Assembly: GCA_040901675.1 (NCBI GenBank)
Contig: JBBDYJ010000010.1
Location: 76,211-140,210, forward strand
Origin: Pirellulales bacterium
GTDB taxonomy: Bacteria; Planctomycetota; Planctomycetia; Pirellulales; JAICIG01
Direction: 5' to 3'
DNA: 64,000 nt
Within the stretch, counting starts at the first letter, position 1; every line of letters starts with the position of its first letter. Of the stretch, positions 28,886-38,985 are shown in pieces. A program made the position numbers and the translations under genes. Under the pieces are notes generated by a model that had not been told where the DNA came from, made no database searches, and saw only the letters and a program-made list of their open reading frames with translations.

Positions 28886-28934
28886 TCGCGTCCCCGATCC
28901 AGCGACCTGAGAACGACCCGGAGGTGATTTTCCC

Positions 28935-29948
28935 GTGCTGCGCACTGTCTTCGCCGCCCTGGTAATGCTGTCGGCCTGCGGCCCCGTGGCGTTGGGCCAG
29001 GAGTGGGCCCGCAAGATGTTCGAGACGACCAGCCACGATTTCGGGGCGGTGCCGCGAGGGGCTAAAGTCGAATACCAGTTCAAGTTATCGAACCTCTATC
29101 AGGAAGACATCCATATTGCCGGCGTGCGTTCGAGCTGCGGTTGCACGACTCCCTCGATTACCGAGGACACGCTGAAGACCTACGAGACCAGCACCATCGT
29201 GGCTGCCTTCAATACGCGAAACTTTTTGGGGCAGAAGAAGGCCACGGTCACGGTGACCATCGATCAGCCGTTTTATGCCGAGGTCCAGTTGCACGTTGCG
29301 GGCTATATCCGCAGCGACGTCGTGTTGTATCCGGGAGCGGTGGAGTTTGGCAGCGTGGACCAGGGCTCGACGGCGGAGAAGACGATCAAGATCACCTACG
29401 CCGGACGCAGCGATTGGCAAATCGTCGATGTCAGGCCCCCCCCGTTCCTGGATGCCAGTGTCCGTGAAACGGGACGCGGCAACGGCCAGGTGACCTACGA
29501 TCTGCACGTGCGTCTCAAGCCCGAGGCGCCGGCGGGGTTCGTCAAGCAGCAATTGATGCTGGTAACCAACGACCGGCGGGCGACCCAGTTGCCGGTCGAC
29601 GTGGAAGGCCGGATCGTCTCGGAGCTGACGATTAGCCCCGCCTCGCTGTTCATGGGCTCCTTGAAGCCGGGGCAGAAGGTGACCAAGCAGCTCGTGGTGC
29701 AGTGCAAGAAGCCGTTCCGGATCACGGCAGTCACCTGCGGCAGCGAGTCGTTCAAGATGCAAGCACTCGAGGTGGCCAAACCGGTCCACCTGGTGCCGGT
29801 GACGTTCGTTGCCGGTGACAAACCCGGCAAGGTCACTTACCGGATCCGCATTGAAACCGACCTGGGCGAGGACGTGGCTTCCGAACTTTCGGCGTATGCC
29901 CAGGTTCTCGAGGTCGAGGAGACCGAGCCGGCCGACGCCGCTCCCTAG
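28935..29948 (+). CDS. Secreted DUF1573-domain (Ig-like) protein
   Basis: Signal peptide, HDFGAV...F.L.N...I..VRSSCGCT, then further Ig-like repeats. Confidence 0.8.
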   Translation: MLRTVFAALVMLSACGPVALGQEWARKMFETTSHDFGAVPRGAKVEYQFKLSNLYQEDIHIAGVRSSCGCTTPSITEDTLKTYETSTIVAAFNTRNFLGQKKATVTVTIDQPFYAEVQLHVAGYIRSDVVLYPGAVEFGSVDQGSTAEKTIKITYAGRSDWQIVDVRPPPFLDASVRETGRGNGQVTYDLHVRLKPEAPAGFVKQQLMLVTNDRRATQLPVDVEGRIVSELTISPASLFMGSLKPGQKVTKQLVVQCKKPFRITAVTCGSESFKMQALEVAKPVHLVPVTFVAGDKPGKVTYRIRIETDLGEDVASELSAYAQVLEVEETEPADAAP

Positions 29949-29967
29949 GCGGCCGGCATCGAACCGC

Positions 29968-30037
29968 GGCGGGCGGCAGGGAGCCTGGCGGGCAGCAGGG
30001 GGCCTGGCGGGCGGCGGGGGAGCCTGGCGGGCGGCAG
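29968..30037 (+). repeat. ~19-bp G-rich tandem repeat (about 3.6 copies)
   Basis: ggcgggc(g/a)gc(a/g)ggg(a/g)gcct units between convergent genes. Confidence 0.75.
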
Positions 30038-30044
30038 CGGCCGG

Positions 30045-30593
30045 CTACTCGTACTTGAGCAGGCTGAAGGCCTCGTAAGGCGCGATCTTTTTCGCTCCAC
30101 CCAGGGCGGTCAGTTCGATCACAAAGGCGCAACCGGCGACGTCGGCGCCGGCCCGCTCGACCAGCCGCAAACAGGCCTCCATGGTTCCACCCGTGGCCAG
30201 CAGGTCGTCGACCAGCAGCACGCGTTGGCCGGAGGCAATGCCGTCGGTGTGGACTTCGAGCGTGTCGGTTCCGTACTCCAGCTCGTAATGGAAGGCGTGG
30301 GTGTCGAACGGCAATTTGCCCGGCTTGCGAACGGGGACAAACCCGGCCTTGAGCTCCAAAGCCAAGGGGGCGGCGAAGATGAATCCGCGTGCTTCGGCGG
30401 CGGCGACCACGTCGACCTTGGCCTGGCGGTAATGGTCGGCAAGGCGGCGGACCGCCTCGCAAAAGGCGGCTGGATGCGCCAACAGCGGCGTGATGTCGCG
30501 GAACAGGATTCCCGGCTTGGGAAAATCGGGGATCGAGCGGACAAACATGGCCAGGTCGGGGGCGGCGGCTACACTCATCGGTTTACTGCTCAT
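30045..30593 (-). CDS. apt: Adenine phosphoribosyltransferase
   Basis: [37 protein letters not shown] and [10 protein letters not shown]. Confidence 0.96.
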   Translation of the reverse strand: MSSKPMSVAAAPDLAMFVRSIPDFPKPGILFRDITPLLAHPAAFCEAVRRLADHYRQAKVDVVAAAEARGFIFAAPLALELKAGFVPVRKPGKLPFDTHAFHYELEYGTDTLEVHTDGIASGQRVLLVDDLLATGGTMEACLRLVERAGADVAGCAFVIELTALGGAKKIAPYEAFSLLKYE

Positions 30594-30889
30594 GGAAGCG
30601 ACTCCCCGAGGCGGCCCAGCGGCTGAGGCGCCCGCGGAATCCAGGCGCTGCCGAATATATACACCGCAACTGCCGGGCAAGCCAGCCAGCACCCCGGCCG
30701 GAGTGCCAAGAGACTCAGGGAGCAACGGTTGGACCGGGCTAACGGGCTAGACCAAACGGGGGGGTATGCCGGCGAGCAAGTCGAAGACCGCGGCCCTTGC
30801 GGGATTGGATGCCGGGAAGCAAACTAGCAAGGAACGCGGGCGCGAGCCCACGGCGTGGTTCGCTAGTCTGATCCAGCTAAGGGAGCCGT

Positions 30890-32575
30890 ATGTCGATCGA
30901 CCCGGAAGTGATTCGAGCCGAGTTCCATGTGGTCATCGCCCGCGTGATCGAGGAAAACGCCGGAGTGATCATCGATCGCTGGCGGCGGCGAGCGGTGGCC
31001 GAGCAGCCCAACGCGCGGCGGGTGCACGAACAAGCTGTGCTGGACCATCTGCCCGACTTGCTGCGAGCCATCGGTCAAAGCCTGCGGTCGCGGGATCCCG
31101 GCGCGGAACCTTACGAGCGTCCGGCGCGTCAGCATGGCGGCCAGCGATGGGACACCGGCTGGTCGCTGACGGAACTAGTCCGTGATTACCAGATTCTGCG
31201 GCTCGTGCTGTTAGAGTTTATCGAGGAGTCGCTCGATCGGCCGCCGAGCGTCCGCGAATGGATGGCAATTGGACTGGCTCTCGATGAAACAATCGGGACC
31301 AGCGTGCAGACGTACGTCGACCACCGCGAAGCGGAGACCCGTGACCTCGAGCGCAGGCGCGTTGAGCAGGAGCGGGCCCTGCAGGAGAGTTATCAGCAGG
31401 CCCTGCTGGAGCAAGCCGAGGCGCTGAAGAAGAACGACCGGCACAAGAACGAATTCCTGGCACTGCTCGGGCACGAATTGCGCAATCCGCTGGGCGCGAT
31501 GTCCAATGCGCTGGAGCTGACGCGCGTGCTCGATCCGGAGGATCCCGACTTCCGCCAGGCATCGGAGATCCTGAAGCGCCAGTTGCACCAGATGGAACGC
31601 CTGGTCGATGATTTGCTCGACATTTCGCGGATCAGCCGGGGCGTCATCGAACTGAAGATGCAGCCGGTCGAGCTGGCCACCGCCATGAGAGACGCCGATT
31701 CGGCGGCCCGGCCCCTGGCCGAGGCGCGCGGGCACCAGCTTCACCTGGAGCTGCCGGCCCGGCCCATCTTGCTCGACGCCGATCCTGCCCGGCTCCAGCA
31801 GGTCCTCATGAACCTGCTGATCAATGCCGTCAAGTACACGCCCGGCAGTGGGCACATCTGGCTTTCCGGAGAAGTCGTCGGCGATCGCGCCGTGATCCGC
31901 GTGAAGGACGACGGCATCGGCATCCCGGCCGAAATGCTGCCCGACATCTTCGATTTGTTCATGCAGGCGCAGCCGGCCAGCCGTCATAGCGAAGGCGGAC
32001 TGGGCATCGGCCTGACGCTGGTCCGCAAACTGGTCGAGTTGCACGGTGGCACCGTCACCGCGGCCAGCGACGGGCGGGGCCGAGGCTGCCAGTTCGAAGT
32101 CAGCTTGCCTGTGTCCACCCGCCAACCGGCGGCCGAGTCGCCCGGCGGCAATGACTCGACTCCCGTTCGATCGGTCCGGATGCGCGTGCTGGTGGTCGAC
32201 GACAACCTGGACGTGGGGCGGACTCTCGCCGCCTTGCTCAAACACGCCGGTCACGACGTGCGGCTGGCTCATGATGGGCCGGCAGCCATCCAGATTGCCC
32301 GCGACTACCAACCCGAAACGGTGCTGGTCGATATCGGACTTCCCGGCATGGATGGCTACGAGCTGGCGCGACGGCTGCGCAACGAAGTCGGCTTGGAGCG
32401 GGCCATGCTGGCCGCATTGACGGGCTATGGCCATGAAGAGGATCGCCGGCGCTCGGACGAAGCCGGCTTCGACCACCACCTGACCAAGCCGGTGCGAAGC
32501 GAGATGCTGTTGTCGCTTTTGTCGGGCGGCCGGCTGAAGGGGCCGCTGGTGGTCTCAGGCGAAGGCGGCAACTGA
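30890..32575 (+). CDS. Soluble hybrid sensor histidine kinase/response regulator with RsbRD_N-like input domain
   Basis: H-box LGHELRNPL, N-box NLLINAVKYT, DDGIGI, GGLGIGL and REC VDIGLPGMDG. The N-terminus has the HGGQRW..G..L..LV.DY motif. No TM segments. Confidence 0.9.
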   Translation: MSIDPEVIRAEFHVVIARVIEENAGVIIDRWRRRAVAEQPNARRVHEQAVLDHLPDLLRAIGQSLRSRDPGAEPYERPARQHGGQRWDTGWSLTELVRDYQILRLVLLEFIEESLDRPPSVREWMAIGLALDETIGTSVQTYVDHREAETRDLERRRVEQERALQESYQQALLEQAEALKKNDRHKNEFLALLGHELRNPLGAMSNALELTRVLDPEDPDFRQASEILKRQLHQMERLVDDLLDISRISRGVIELKMQPVELATAMRDADSAARPLAEARGHQLHLELPARPILLDADPARLQQVLMNLLINAVKYTPGSGHIWLSGEVVGDRAVIRVKDDGIGIPAEMLPDIFDLFMQAQPASRHSEGGLGIGLTLVRKLVELHGGTVTAASDGRGRGCQFEVSLPVSTRQPAAESPGGNDSTPVRSVRMRVLVVDDNLDVGRTLAALLKHAGHDVRLAHDGPAAIQIARDYQPETVLVDIGLPGMDGYELARRLRNEVGLERAMLAALTGYGHEEDRRRSDEAGFDHHLTKPVRSEMLLSLLSGGRLKGPLVVSGEGGN

Positions 32576-32605
32576 TCCGGACAGTTGCGGGGGATTGCAC
32601 CCGCT

Positions 32606-32767
32606 TCACCGCACGACGCCGAAAAGCACCAAGAGCAAGACGATCAACAGCACCAGCCCGATGCCGCCGCTGGGGTAATAGCCCCACTCGCGGCTGTAAG
32701 GCCAGGCGGGCGCCGCACCGAGCAGGAGCAACACCAGGATAATCAGCAAAATGGTTCCAAGGCCCAT
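32606..32767 (-). CDS. DUF3309-family small membrane protein
   Basis: MGLGTILLIILVLLLLGAAPAWPYSREWGYYPSGGIGLVLLIVLLLVLFG; GAGG RBS. Confidence 0.85.
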   Translation of the reverse strand: MGLGTILLIILVLLLLGAAPAWPYSREWGYYPSGGIGLVLLIVLLLVLFGVVR

Positions 32768-33066
32768 GCGATAACCTCTTCTGTGTCTGGTGGGTCCACT
32801 TGGGCATGCCTGCCGCGTGCCGTGCCGGCCCTTCGTGGTTCCACCGTCGCCGGACTTGCGATGGCGACAGCGCCCCCAGGTACGTTGCCTGGGGGGTTGA
32901 CGTGCCCACCGAGATGAGGAAGGCAAATGGCGTGCCATCTCGCCAATCACGAAAAAACCGGCCGGCGCCAGACGTGAGCGGCCCCCCGGATTCGGGCTCT
33001 GGCTCAGGCCTGCACGATCTGGCACGTGATCGGCCAGGCCAACCCGGCGGACGATGAGGTCGGACG

Positions 33067-34044
33067 ATGAGCAAACCGAGAGTCTTCGTTACCCGGCGGA
33101 TCCCCGATGCCGGACTGAAGAAGATTGCCGAGCACTGCCAGGCCGAGATCTGGCCGGAACAGCTTCCGCCGCCGCCCGAAATCCTGCGGCAAAAAGTCGC
33201 CGACTGCGAAGGCCTGCTGTCGCTGTTGACCGACCGGGTGGACCAGGCGCTGTTGGCGGCGGCGCCGCGGCTCCAAGTGGTCAGCAACTATGCCGTCGGG
33301 TTCAATAACATCGACGTGGCCGCCTGCACCGCCCGTGGCGTGGCGGTGGGCAATACTCCCGGCGTGTTGACCGACGCGACCGCCGATATGGCGTTCGCCC
33401 TGTTGATTGCCGCGGCCCGCAGGATCGTGGAGGCTCACGAGTATGCCGCCGGCGGCCAATGGAAGACCTGGGAGCCGCTGGGCCATATCGGCCAGGACCT
33501 GGCCGGGCGCACGCTGGGGGTGGTCGGCATGGGACGCATCGGTTTCGCTTTGGCCCGGCGCTGCCGGCTCGGTTGGGAGATGAAGGTGCTGTATCACGAT
33601 GCTCGGCGCAACGAACGAGCCGAGCGCGAACTCTCGGCCGAGCAGGTGCCGCTCGACAAGTTGCTGGCCGAGTCGGACTTCGTTTCGCTGCACGCCGACT
33701 TGAACGAGAGCACGCGTGGCATGTTCGACGCGTCGGCCTTCGACAAGATGAAGCGGACCGCCGTATTCGTCAACACCGCGCGGGGGCCGCTGGTGGTGGA
33801 GCGCGACCTGGTCGAGGCACTTCGCGGCGGGAAGATCTTTGCCGCGGGATTGGACGTCACGGATCCGGAGCCACCGGCCGCCGACAATCCGCTGCTGCGA
33901 TTGCCCAACGCGGTGGTGGTGCCGCACATTGCCAGCGCCACGGTCTCCAGCCGCAACGCCATGGCCGAAATCGCGGCCGACAACCTGATCGCCGGCCTGG
34001 AGGGGCGGCCGCTGCGCTGCCGGGTGAACCCGAGCAAGGGATGA
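33067..34044 (+). CDS. D-2-hydroxyacid dehydrogenase (glyoxylate reductase / D-glycerate dehydrogenase)
   Basis: AVGFNNID, NTPGVLTDATAD, GMGRIG, NTARG, LDVTDPEP and PHIASA. Confidence 0.92.
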   Translation: MSKPRVFVTRRIPDAGLKKIAEHCQAEIWPEQLPPPPEILRQKVADCEGLLSLLTDRVDQALLAAAPRLQVVSNYAVGFNNIDVAACTARGVAVGNTPGVLTDATADMAFALLIAAARRIVEAHEYAAGGQWKTWEPLGHIGQDLAGRTLGVVGMGRIGFALARRCRLGWEMKVLYHDARRNERAERELSAEQVPLDKLLAESDFVSLHADLNESTRGMFDASAFDKMKRTAVFVNTARGPLVVERDLVEALRGGKIFAAGLDVTDPEPPAADNPLLRLPNAVVVPHIASATVSSRNAMAEIAADNLIAGLEGRPLRCRVNPSKG

Positions 34045-34106
34045 AGGAGGAAGGAGGAAGGAGGATAGTCGCCTAGGGCGCAGGCGTCACCGCGGGAAAG
34101 GAGCTT

Positions 34107-34130
34107 CCTCACGCGGAGCGTGAGGGCTAC
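34107..34130 (-). repeat. GTAG-type REP identical to 11114-11137
   Basis: Exact 24-nt match, between convergent genes. Confidence 0.8.
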
Positions 34131-34131
34131 T

Positions 34132-34998
34132 TTACGGGCGGCGGCGCTGGTAGCGGCGGCTGGCCTCCTCCAGCGTGCGGCGTTCGTCGGCGGTCAAGCT
34201 GGCTTCTCCCTCGCGCGAGATCTTCTCAAGGATCCGGTCGACCCGCAGGCCCAAGTCCGGCTCGCGCTGCGGTGGCTCGTGCACGCGCAGCTTGGGCCTT
34301 CGCTTGAAGCGCGGCAGCGACAACCGGCGCGGCACGAGGCGGCCCAAGCTCCAGCCCGTCCCGTAGTACAAAAACGCCGCCAAGACGCCGCCTAAATGGG
34401 CCGCATACGCCACGCGGTCGGTATCATCGCCTTGCGGGCCGCGGCTGTACCCCAGAAGGTCCTGCGCGATGTACAGAGTGCACAGGACCCAGGCCGGCAC
34501 CGGAAACACGCCCCAAATGTAGAGCAGGCGGCGCGGATAATGGATCACGAACAAGACCACAACCCCCGAGATCGCTCCGGAAGCGCCGATCGCTTGTGGA
34601 ACTACATCATCGCGCGGCGTCACCATGTCGGTCGTGACCGCCCAAATCAGACCGCTGACCACGAGGAACGTCATGTAGATGCTCAGGAACTCGCGGCGCC
34701 CATAAATGGCTTCCACGTCGCGGCCAAAGAACCACAATACGAGCATGTTGAAGCCGAGGTGGAACACGTTGTGGCGATCGTGAGCGAAGCCGGCCGTGAT
34801 CAGTTGCCAGGCCTTCCAGGGATGGCGCAACAGGTCGGCGTACAGCGCCATCCGACTGCTCAATTCGCCGCCAAAGAGCATGTCAGCCAGGAAAACCGCA
34901 ATGTTGATGATCAGCAGGTTGGCGACCATGGTACGGTCGCCGCCCAGGAAGAATCCCTGGGGCTCTTGGCGCACATAATCTCGATCGTATAGACCCAT
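34132..34998 (-). CDS. Rhomboid-family intramembrane serine protease
   Basis: WQLITAGFAH, HLGFNM, GASG (catalytic Ser) and AHLGG (catalytic His). C-terminal VDRILEKISREG..SLT motif. Confidence 0.92.
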   Translation of the reverse strand: MGLYDRDYVRQEPQGFFLGGDRTMVANLLIINIAVFLADMLFGGELSSRMALYADLLRHPWKAWQLITAGFAHDRHNVFHLGFNMLVLWFFGRDVEAIYGRREFLSIYMTFLVVSGLIWAVTTDMVTPRDDVVPQAIGASGAISGVVVLFVIHYPRRLLYIWGVFPVPAWVLCTLYIAQDLLGYSRGPQGDDTDRVAYAAHLGGVLAAFLYYGTGWSLGRLVPRRLSLPRFKRRPKLRVHEPPQREPDLGLRVDRILEKISREGEASLTADERRTLEEASRRYQRRRP

Positions 34999-35127
34999 TG
35001 GCCGGTGCGCTCTATGAAAGGGTTCCGTCCGCGGCGTGCTGACACGCCTGCCATTGCCCCACTTGCCTTGAGAGTCGCCGAGCGTCGACCGCGCCCGGCG
35101 AGCCGACGCTTGCCAACGCCCCGCAGC

Positions 35128-36225
35128 TTAGCGGGCGATGGCCACCGGCCGGCCAGCCGCCGGTGGGCTAGGGCCTGCCGCCGCATTAATCCTTTCGGCC
35201 GCCTGGGTCTGCATGGCGGTCCACTGGGCGGCCAGCCTCTTGGTCTCGGCCAGCAAATCGGCCACTTCCTGGCGCAGCGCGGCGATTCTGGCGTCCAGGG
35301 CCTCGTGGTGCGCCTGGATGGTGTCGCGTTCCGACTCGACTCTGGCCAACTCGGGCTTCAAGTCGTTGTCGATGTGCTGCTGCCGGAGCTGGACCTGCCG
35401 CTGAGTGTCGTCGCGGGTTTTTTCGGCGAAGGCCTTGTCGATGGTTCGGGCCGCAATGCGGTCGCGTTCCGCCGACATCTGCCGGTGCAGCTCGCCGAAG
35501 TAGACCGCATAGTCGCGGAGCTGCCGCTCGTACTTTCCGTCGGCCACCCGGTCGGGCGGATCGTCAGCGGTTGCGTTCTGCCCGTGACGCAGGTACTCGT
35601 TGAGCACTTCGGGCGGCACGCCGGGCATCAGGGCCGCCAGTTGGGCCTGGTCCAACCCGGCAAACGTGCCGTGGCGGTCGCCCGGCATTCGTTCGTACAG
35701 CACCCAGAACATTCGTTGCGTGCCGGCGATGCGCTTCAGCTCGCGGTCCGTCAGCTTCATGGCCGGCTTCAACTGGATTTGCTTGTCGGAAACACCGGCT
35801 ACCTCGAACTCGCCCAGGTAGGCGCCGCCCTGCGCTTGCCCGTCCGGGGTTTGTTCGAAAACATAGAGCACCGATTTGCTGTTGATCCGATGGGGGTCGG
35901 GCTCTTGGACCAGCACGACCGCCTCGCCGGTCTGTGCCACGACTTCTTGTGGATTGGCCCCATACCAGACGCGTCCCCGATCGACCAGCAGATCGTGCAA
36001 GGCAACCTTCAGCTCGCGGATTCCCGGAACCGATTGCCCGTCGGGAGTTACTTGCCCCTCCCTCAATGTCTTGGCGAGTCCTTCGGCATCGAACAGCGGC
36101 TTCTGGTAGCTGTTGGCCGCCTGTTTCCATGCCTGGTGCGTCTTCAGGGTTCGAGCGGCCACGTAAAAAAATCCGATCGACGCAACGAAAATCAGACCGA
36201 TCAGGATCTTGTTCCAGATGCTCAT
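35128..36225 (-). CDS. Hypothetical membrane-anchored coiled-coil protein
   Basis: N-terminal TM, RGRVW motif, C-terminal heptad-rich region; host-like codon usage. Confidence 0.7.
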   Translation of the reverse strand: MSIWNKILIGLIFVASIGFFYVAARTLKTHQAWKQAANSYQKPLFDAEGLAKTLREGQVTPDGQSVPGIRELKVALHDLLVDRGRVWYGANPQEVVAQTGEAVVLVQEPDPHRINSKSVLYVFEQTPDGQAQGGAYLGEFEVAGVSDKQIQLKPAMKLTDRELKRIAGTQRMFWVLYERMPGDRHGTFAGLDQAQLAALMPGVPPEVLNEYLRHGQNATADDPPDRVADGKYERQLRDYAVYFGELHRQMSAERDRIAARTIDKAFAEKTRDDTQRQVQLRQQHIDNDLKPELARVESERDTIQAHHEALDARIAALRQEVADLLAETKRLAAQWTAMQTQAAERINAAAGPSPPAAGRPVAIAR

Positions 36226-36275
36226 GGCGAAGTGGGTCGCGACAGAAAAGTCTTTGCGAATAGCCTCTTAGGTCG

Positions 36276-36304
36276 ATAATAGGCAGCCCCGGGGGGAGTG
36301 TCAA
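36276..36304 (-). promoter_or_regulatory. Sigma70-like promoter for the 36225 gene
   Basis: Minus strand TTGACA - 17 nt - TATTAT, about 50 nt upstream of the ATG. Confidence 0.65.
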
Positions 36305-36481
36305 GCATTTGCGCCCGGAAGCGCGAGGGCACAATCGCTGCAACCGCGCCAGGCCAAGGCCGGCCCGGCGGACTCGCCTGCGGCCTGTCCGGTGGGTGAC
36401 AGTGCAGGACCGGCAGGGTAATATTGCGTTTTGCGACCTTTTGTGCCGCGTGGCACTGAACCGACCAGGAGAGCGTGAAAA

Positions 36482-37165
36482 ATGAAGATGGCTGCCCGCA
36501 TCGTCGACCTGCACAAGGATTACGTCCTGGGAGGCGAGGTCGTGCACGCGCTGCGGGGAGTTACCCTCGACATCCCCGAAGGGGACTACGTGGCGATCAT
36601 GGGCCCTTCCGGCTCAGGCAAGAGCACCCTGTTGAATCTGATCGGCTGCCTGGACAGGCCGACGGCGGGGAGCTTTTACCTGGGCGACGAGGACGTGGCC
36701 CAACTGGACGACGACGAGCTCTCGGAAATCCGGGCCGCCAGGATCGGCTTTGTCTTCCAGTCGTATAACCTGATCCCCCAGTTGACCGTGCTGGAAAACA
36801 TCGAAGTGCCCCTCTACTACCTGGGGCAGCTCACGCCGGCCGACCGCGACCGCTGCATCGAGCTGGCCGAAATGGTGGGACTGGGAAACCGCCTCTCGCA
36901 CCGGCCGTCGCAGTTGTCGGGCGGCCAGCAGCAACGAGCCGGCATCGCCCGCAGCCTGGCCAACAACCCCTACTTCATGCTGGCCGACGAGCCGACCGGA
37001 AACCTCGACTCGGTCACTACGGGCGAGATCCTGGCCCTGCTCGACGAGCTGAACGCCGCCGGCAAGACCATCATCATCGTCACCCACGAACCCGACGTGG
37101 CCGCACGCACCCGCCGGATCATCCGTTTGCACGACGGGTATGTCCAATCCGACACGCCTACCTGA
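36482..37165 (+). CDS. ABC transporter ATP-binding protein (LolD/MacB-like)
   Basis: GPSGSGKST, GFVFQSYNL, LSGGQQQR, LADEPTGNLD and VTH. Confidence 0.93.
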   Translation: MKMAARIVDLHKDYVLGGEVVHALRGVTLDIPEGDYVAIMGPSGSGKSTLLNLIGCLDRPTAGSFYLGDEDVAQLDDDELSEIRAARIGFVFQSYNLIPQLTVLENIEVPLYYLGQLTPADRDRCIELAEMVGLGNRLSHRPSQLSGGQQQRAGIARSLANNPYFMLADEPTGNLDSVTTGEILALLDELNAAGKTIIIVTHEPDVAARTRRIIRLHDGYVQSDTPT

Positions 37166-37179
37166 AAGCCGAACGGCGC

Positions 37180-38421
37180 TCATCCGCCAGACGGTAATCC
37201 CGTTGCACTCGCATCCTCCCTTCCCCCCTTCTCCCCTTCCCCCCTTCCCCCCTTCCCCGCTTCAGCGGCCAACGCGTCGACCAGCCTCTCGATCATGGCG
37301 GGCGTGTGGACCCAGCTCAGGCTGATCCGCAGCAGCGACTGCCCCGCAGGCACCGTGGGAGGTCGAATCGCCGGCACCGCCAGGCCTCGGCGGATCAACG
37401 ACTCACTCAGGGCCACCGCGCGGGCCGGCTCGCCCACCAGCAGCGGAATAATCTGGCTGGCCGAAGCGCCGACGCGCCACCCCTGGGCTTCGAGCCGGCC
37501 GCGGCACTTCGCTGCTTGAGCCAGCAGCGCCAAGCGCCGCTCCGGCTCGTTTTGCACGATCTGGAGGGCCGCCATCGCGGCGGCGGCGGCCGCATCGGGC
37601 GGCGCGGTGGAAAAGACGTAGGGCCGAGCCTTGTTCACCAGCCATTCGATCAAGCGGCGGCTCCCGCAGACAAAGCCTCCGATGCCTCCCAGCGCCTTGC
37701 TGAGCGTGCCCACCCGCACGGCCACGTCGTGTTCAATGCCGAAGTGCTCGGACACGCCCCGGCCCAGCCGCCCAAAGACGCCCGTGGCGTGGGCCTCGTC
37801 CACCAGCAGCATCGCGCCGTATCGCCTGGCCAGCCGGGCCAGCTCGCCCAGCGGTGCCAGGTCGCCACCCATGCTGAACAGGCCGTCGCTGACGATCAGC
37901 CGGCGGCGATAGGCCTGGCCCTGGCTGAGTATCTCTTGGAGGCGCTCACAGTCAGCGTGCGGATAAACGTGGACCTCGGCCCGCGAGAGGCGGCAGCCGT
38001 CGACGATGCTGGCATGGTTCAGCTCGTCGCTGTAGACCGCATCGCCCCGCCCCGCCAAGGCGGCGATGCTGCCGGCGTTGGCCGCGAAGCCCGATGAGAA
38101 CACCAGCGCCGCCTCGGTGCCTTCGAACTGGGCCAAGCGCAGCTCCAGCTCTGCGGTGAGCCTGCCGCGGCCGGATACCAGCGGGCTGGAGCCGGCGCCC
38201 CAGCCTCCCGCCAAGGCAGCCGCGACGGCGCCGGTCAGCCGCCGGTCGCCGGCCAGCCCCAGGTAATCGTTGGCGGCAAAACTGATCAGCTCGCGGCCGT
38301 CCAGGTCGATCCGTGCCGACTGCGGGCCGCCGCGGACGCGCAGCTTTCGCGCCAGGTCGCGCGCGGCGAGCGACTCGAGCTCGCCGTCGATCCAGCCCAG
38401 CGAGTCGAGGGATTCACTCAT
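37180..38421 (-). CDS. bioF: 8-amino-7-oxononanoate synthase
   Basis: NDYLGL, SSGFAAN, DELNHASIVDG, FSMGGD, DEAHATG, GTLSKALG (PLP Lys) and IRPPTVP. Confidence 0.92.
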   Translation of the reverse strand: MSESLDSLGWIDGELESLAARDLARKLRVRGGPQSARIDLDGRELISFAANDYLGLAGDRRLTGAVAAALAGGWGAGSSPLVSGRGRLTAELELRLAQFEGTEAALVFSSGFAANAGSIAALAGRGDAVYSDELNHASIVDGCRLSRAEVHVYPHADCERLQEILSQGQAYRRRLIVSDGLFSMGGDLAPLGELARLARRYGAMLLVDEAHATGVFGRLGRGVSEHFGIEHDVAVRVGTLSKALGGIGGFVCGSRRLIEWLVNKARPYVFSTAPPDAAAAAAMAALQIVQNEPERRLALLAQAAKCRGRLEAQGWRVGASASQIIPLLVGEPARAVALSESLIRRGLAVPAIRPPTVPAGQSLLRISLSWVHTPAMIERLVDALAAEAGKGGRGEGEKGGREDASATGLPSGG

Positions 38422-38896
38422 CGCCTGCCAACCGCAAGATCGCTTCGAACTCGCTTTTGCGGACCGGCTGCACCGAGAGCCGCGAACCCCGCCGCAGCAG
38501 CTCCATGTTCTTCAAAGCCGCCACCTTCCGCAAACGATCGAGCGGAATCGGCTGCGCGAAGATCTTTTCCAGGCGGATATCGACCATTTGCCAGATCGGG
38601 TTGTCGGGCGAGGACTTGGGATCGTAGTGGTCGTCCGAGCGGTCCCGGGCGGTCGGGTCGGGGTAGGCCTCGCGCACCACGACCGCCGTGCCGGCCACGG
38701 ACGGCGGATTGCCGCCGGAGTGGTAGAACAGCACCCGGTCGCCCACCCGCATCTCGTCCCGCATATAATTCCGCGCCTGGAAATTCCGTACGCCGCTCCA
38801 GCAGGTGGTCTGCTTGGGCGAGGCGGCCAGGTCGTCGATCGAAAACGACGAGGGCTCGCTCTTCAACAGCCAATGCTTCTTTGTTTCAGGTGCCAT
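38414..38896 (-). CDS. EVE-domain (thymocyte nuclear protein 1-like) protein
   Basis: WLLKSEP, WSGVRNFQARN, FYHS, YPDPTA and RLSVQPV. Confidence 0.92.
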   Translation of the reverse strand: MAPETKKHWLLKSEPSSFSIDDLAASPKQTTCWSGVRNFQARNYMRDEMRVGDRVLFYHSGGNPPSVAGTAVVVREAYPDPTARDRSDDHYDPKSSPDNPIWQMVDIRLEKIFAQPIPLDRLRKVAALKNMELLRRGSRLSVQPVRKSEFEAILRLAGDE

Positions 38897-38985
38897 CCCA
38901 AGTGCCTGCGGCGACTCGCTTTGCTAAAGTTGATGATGAAGGCCGAGCAAGATTTCAGCCGCTTGGGGCAACTACTCTTCCAGTC

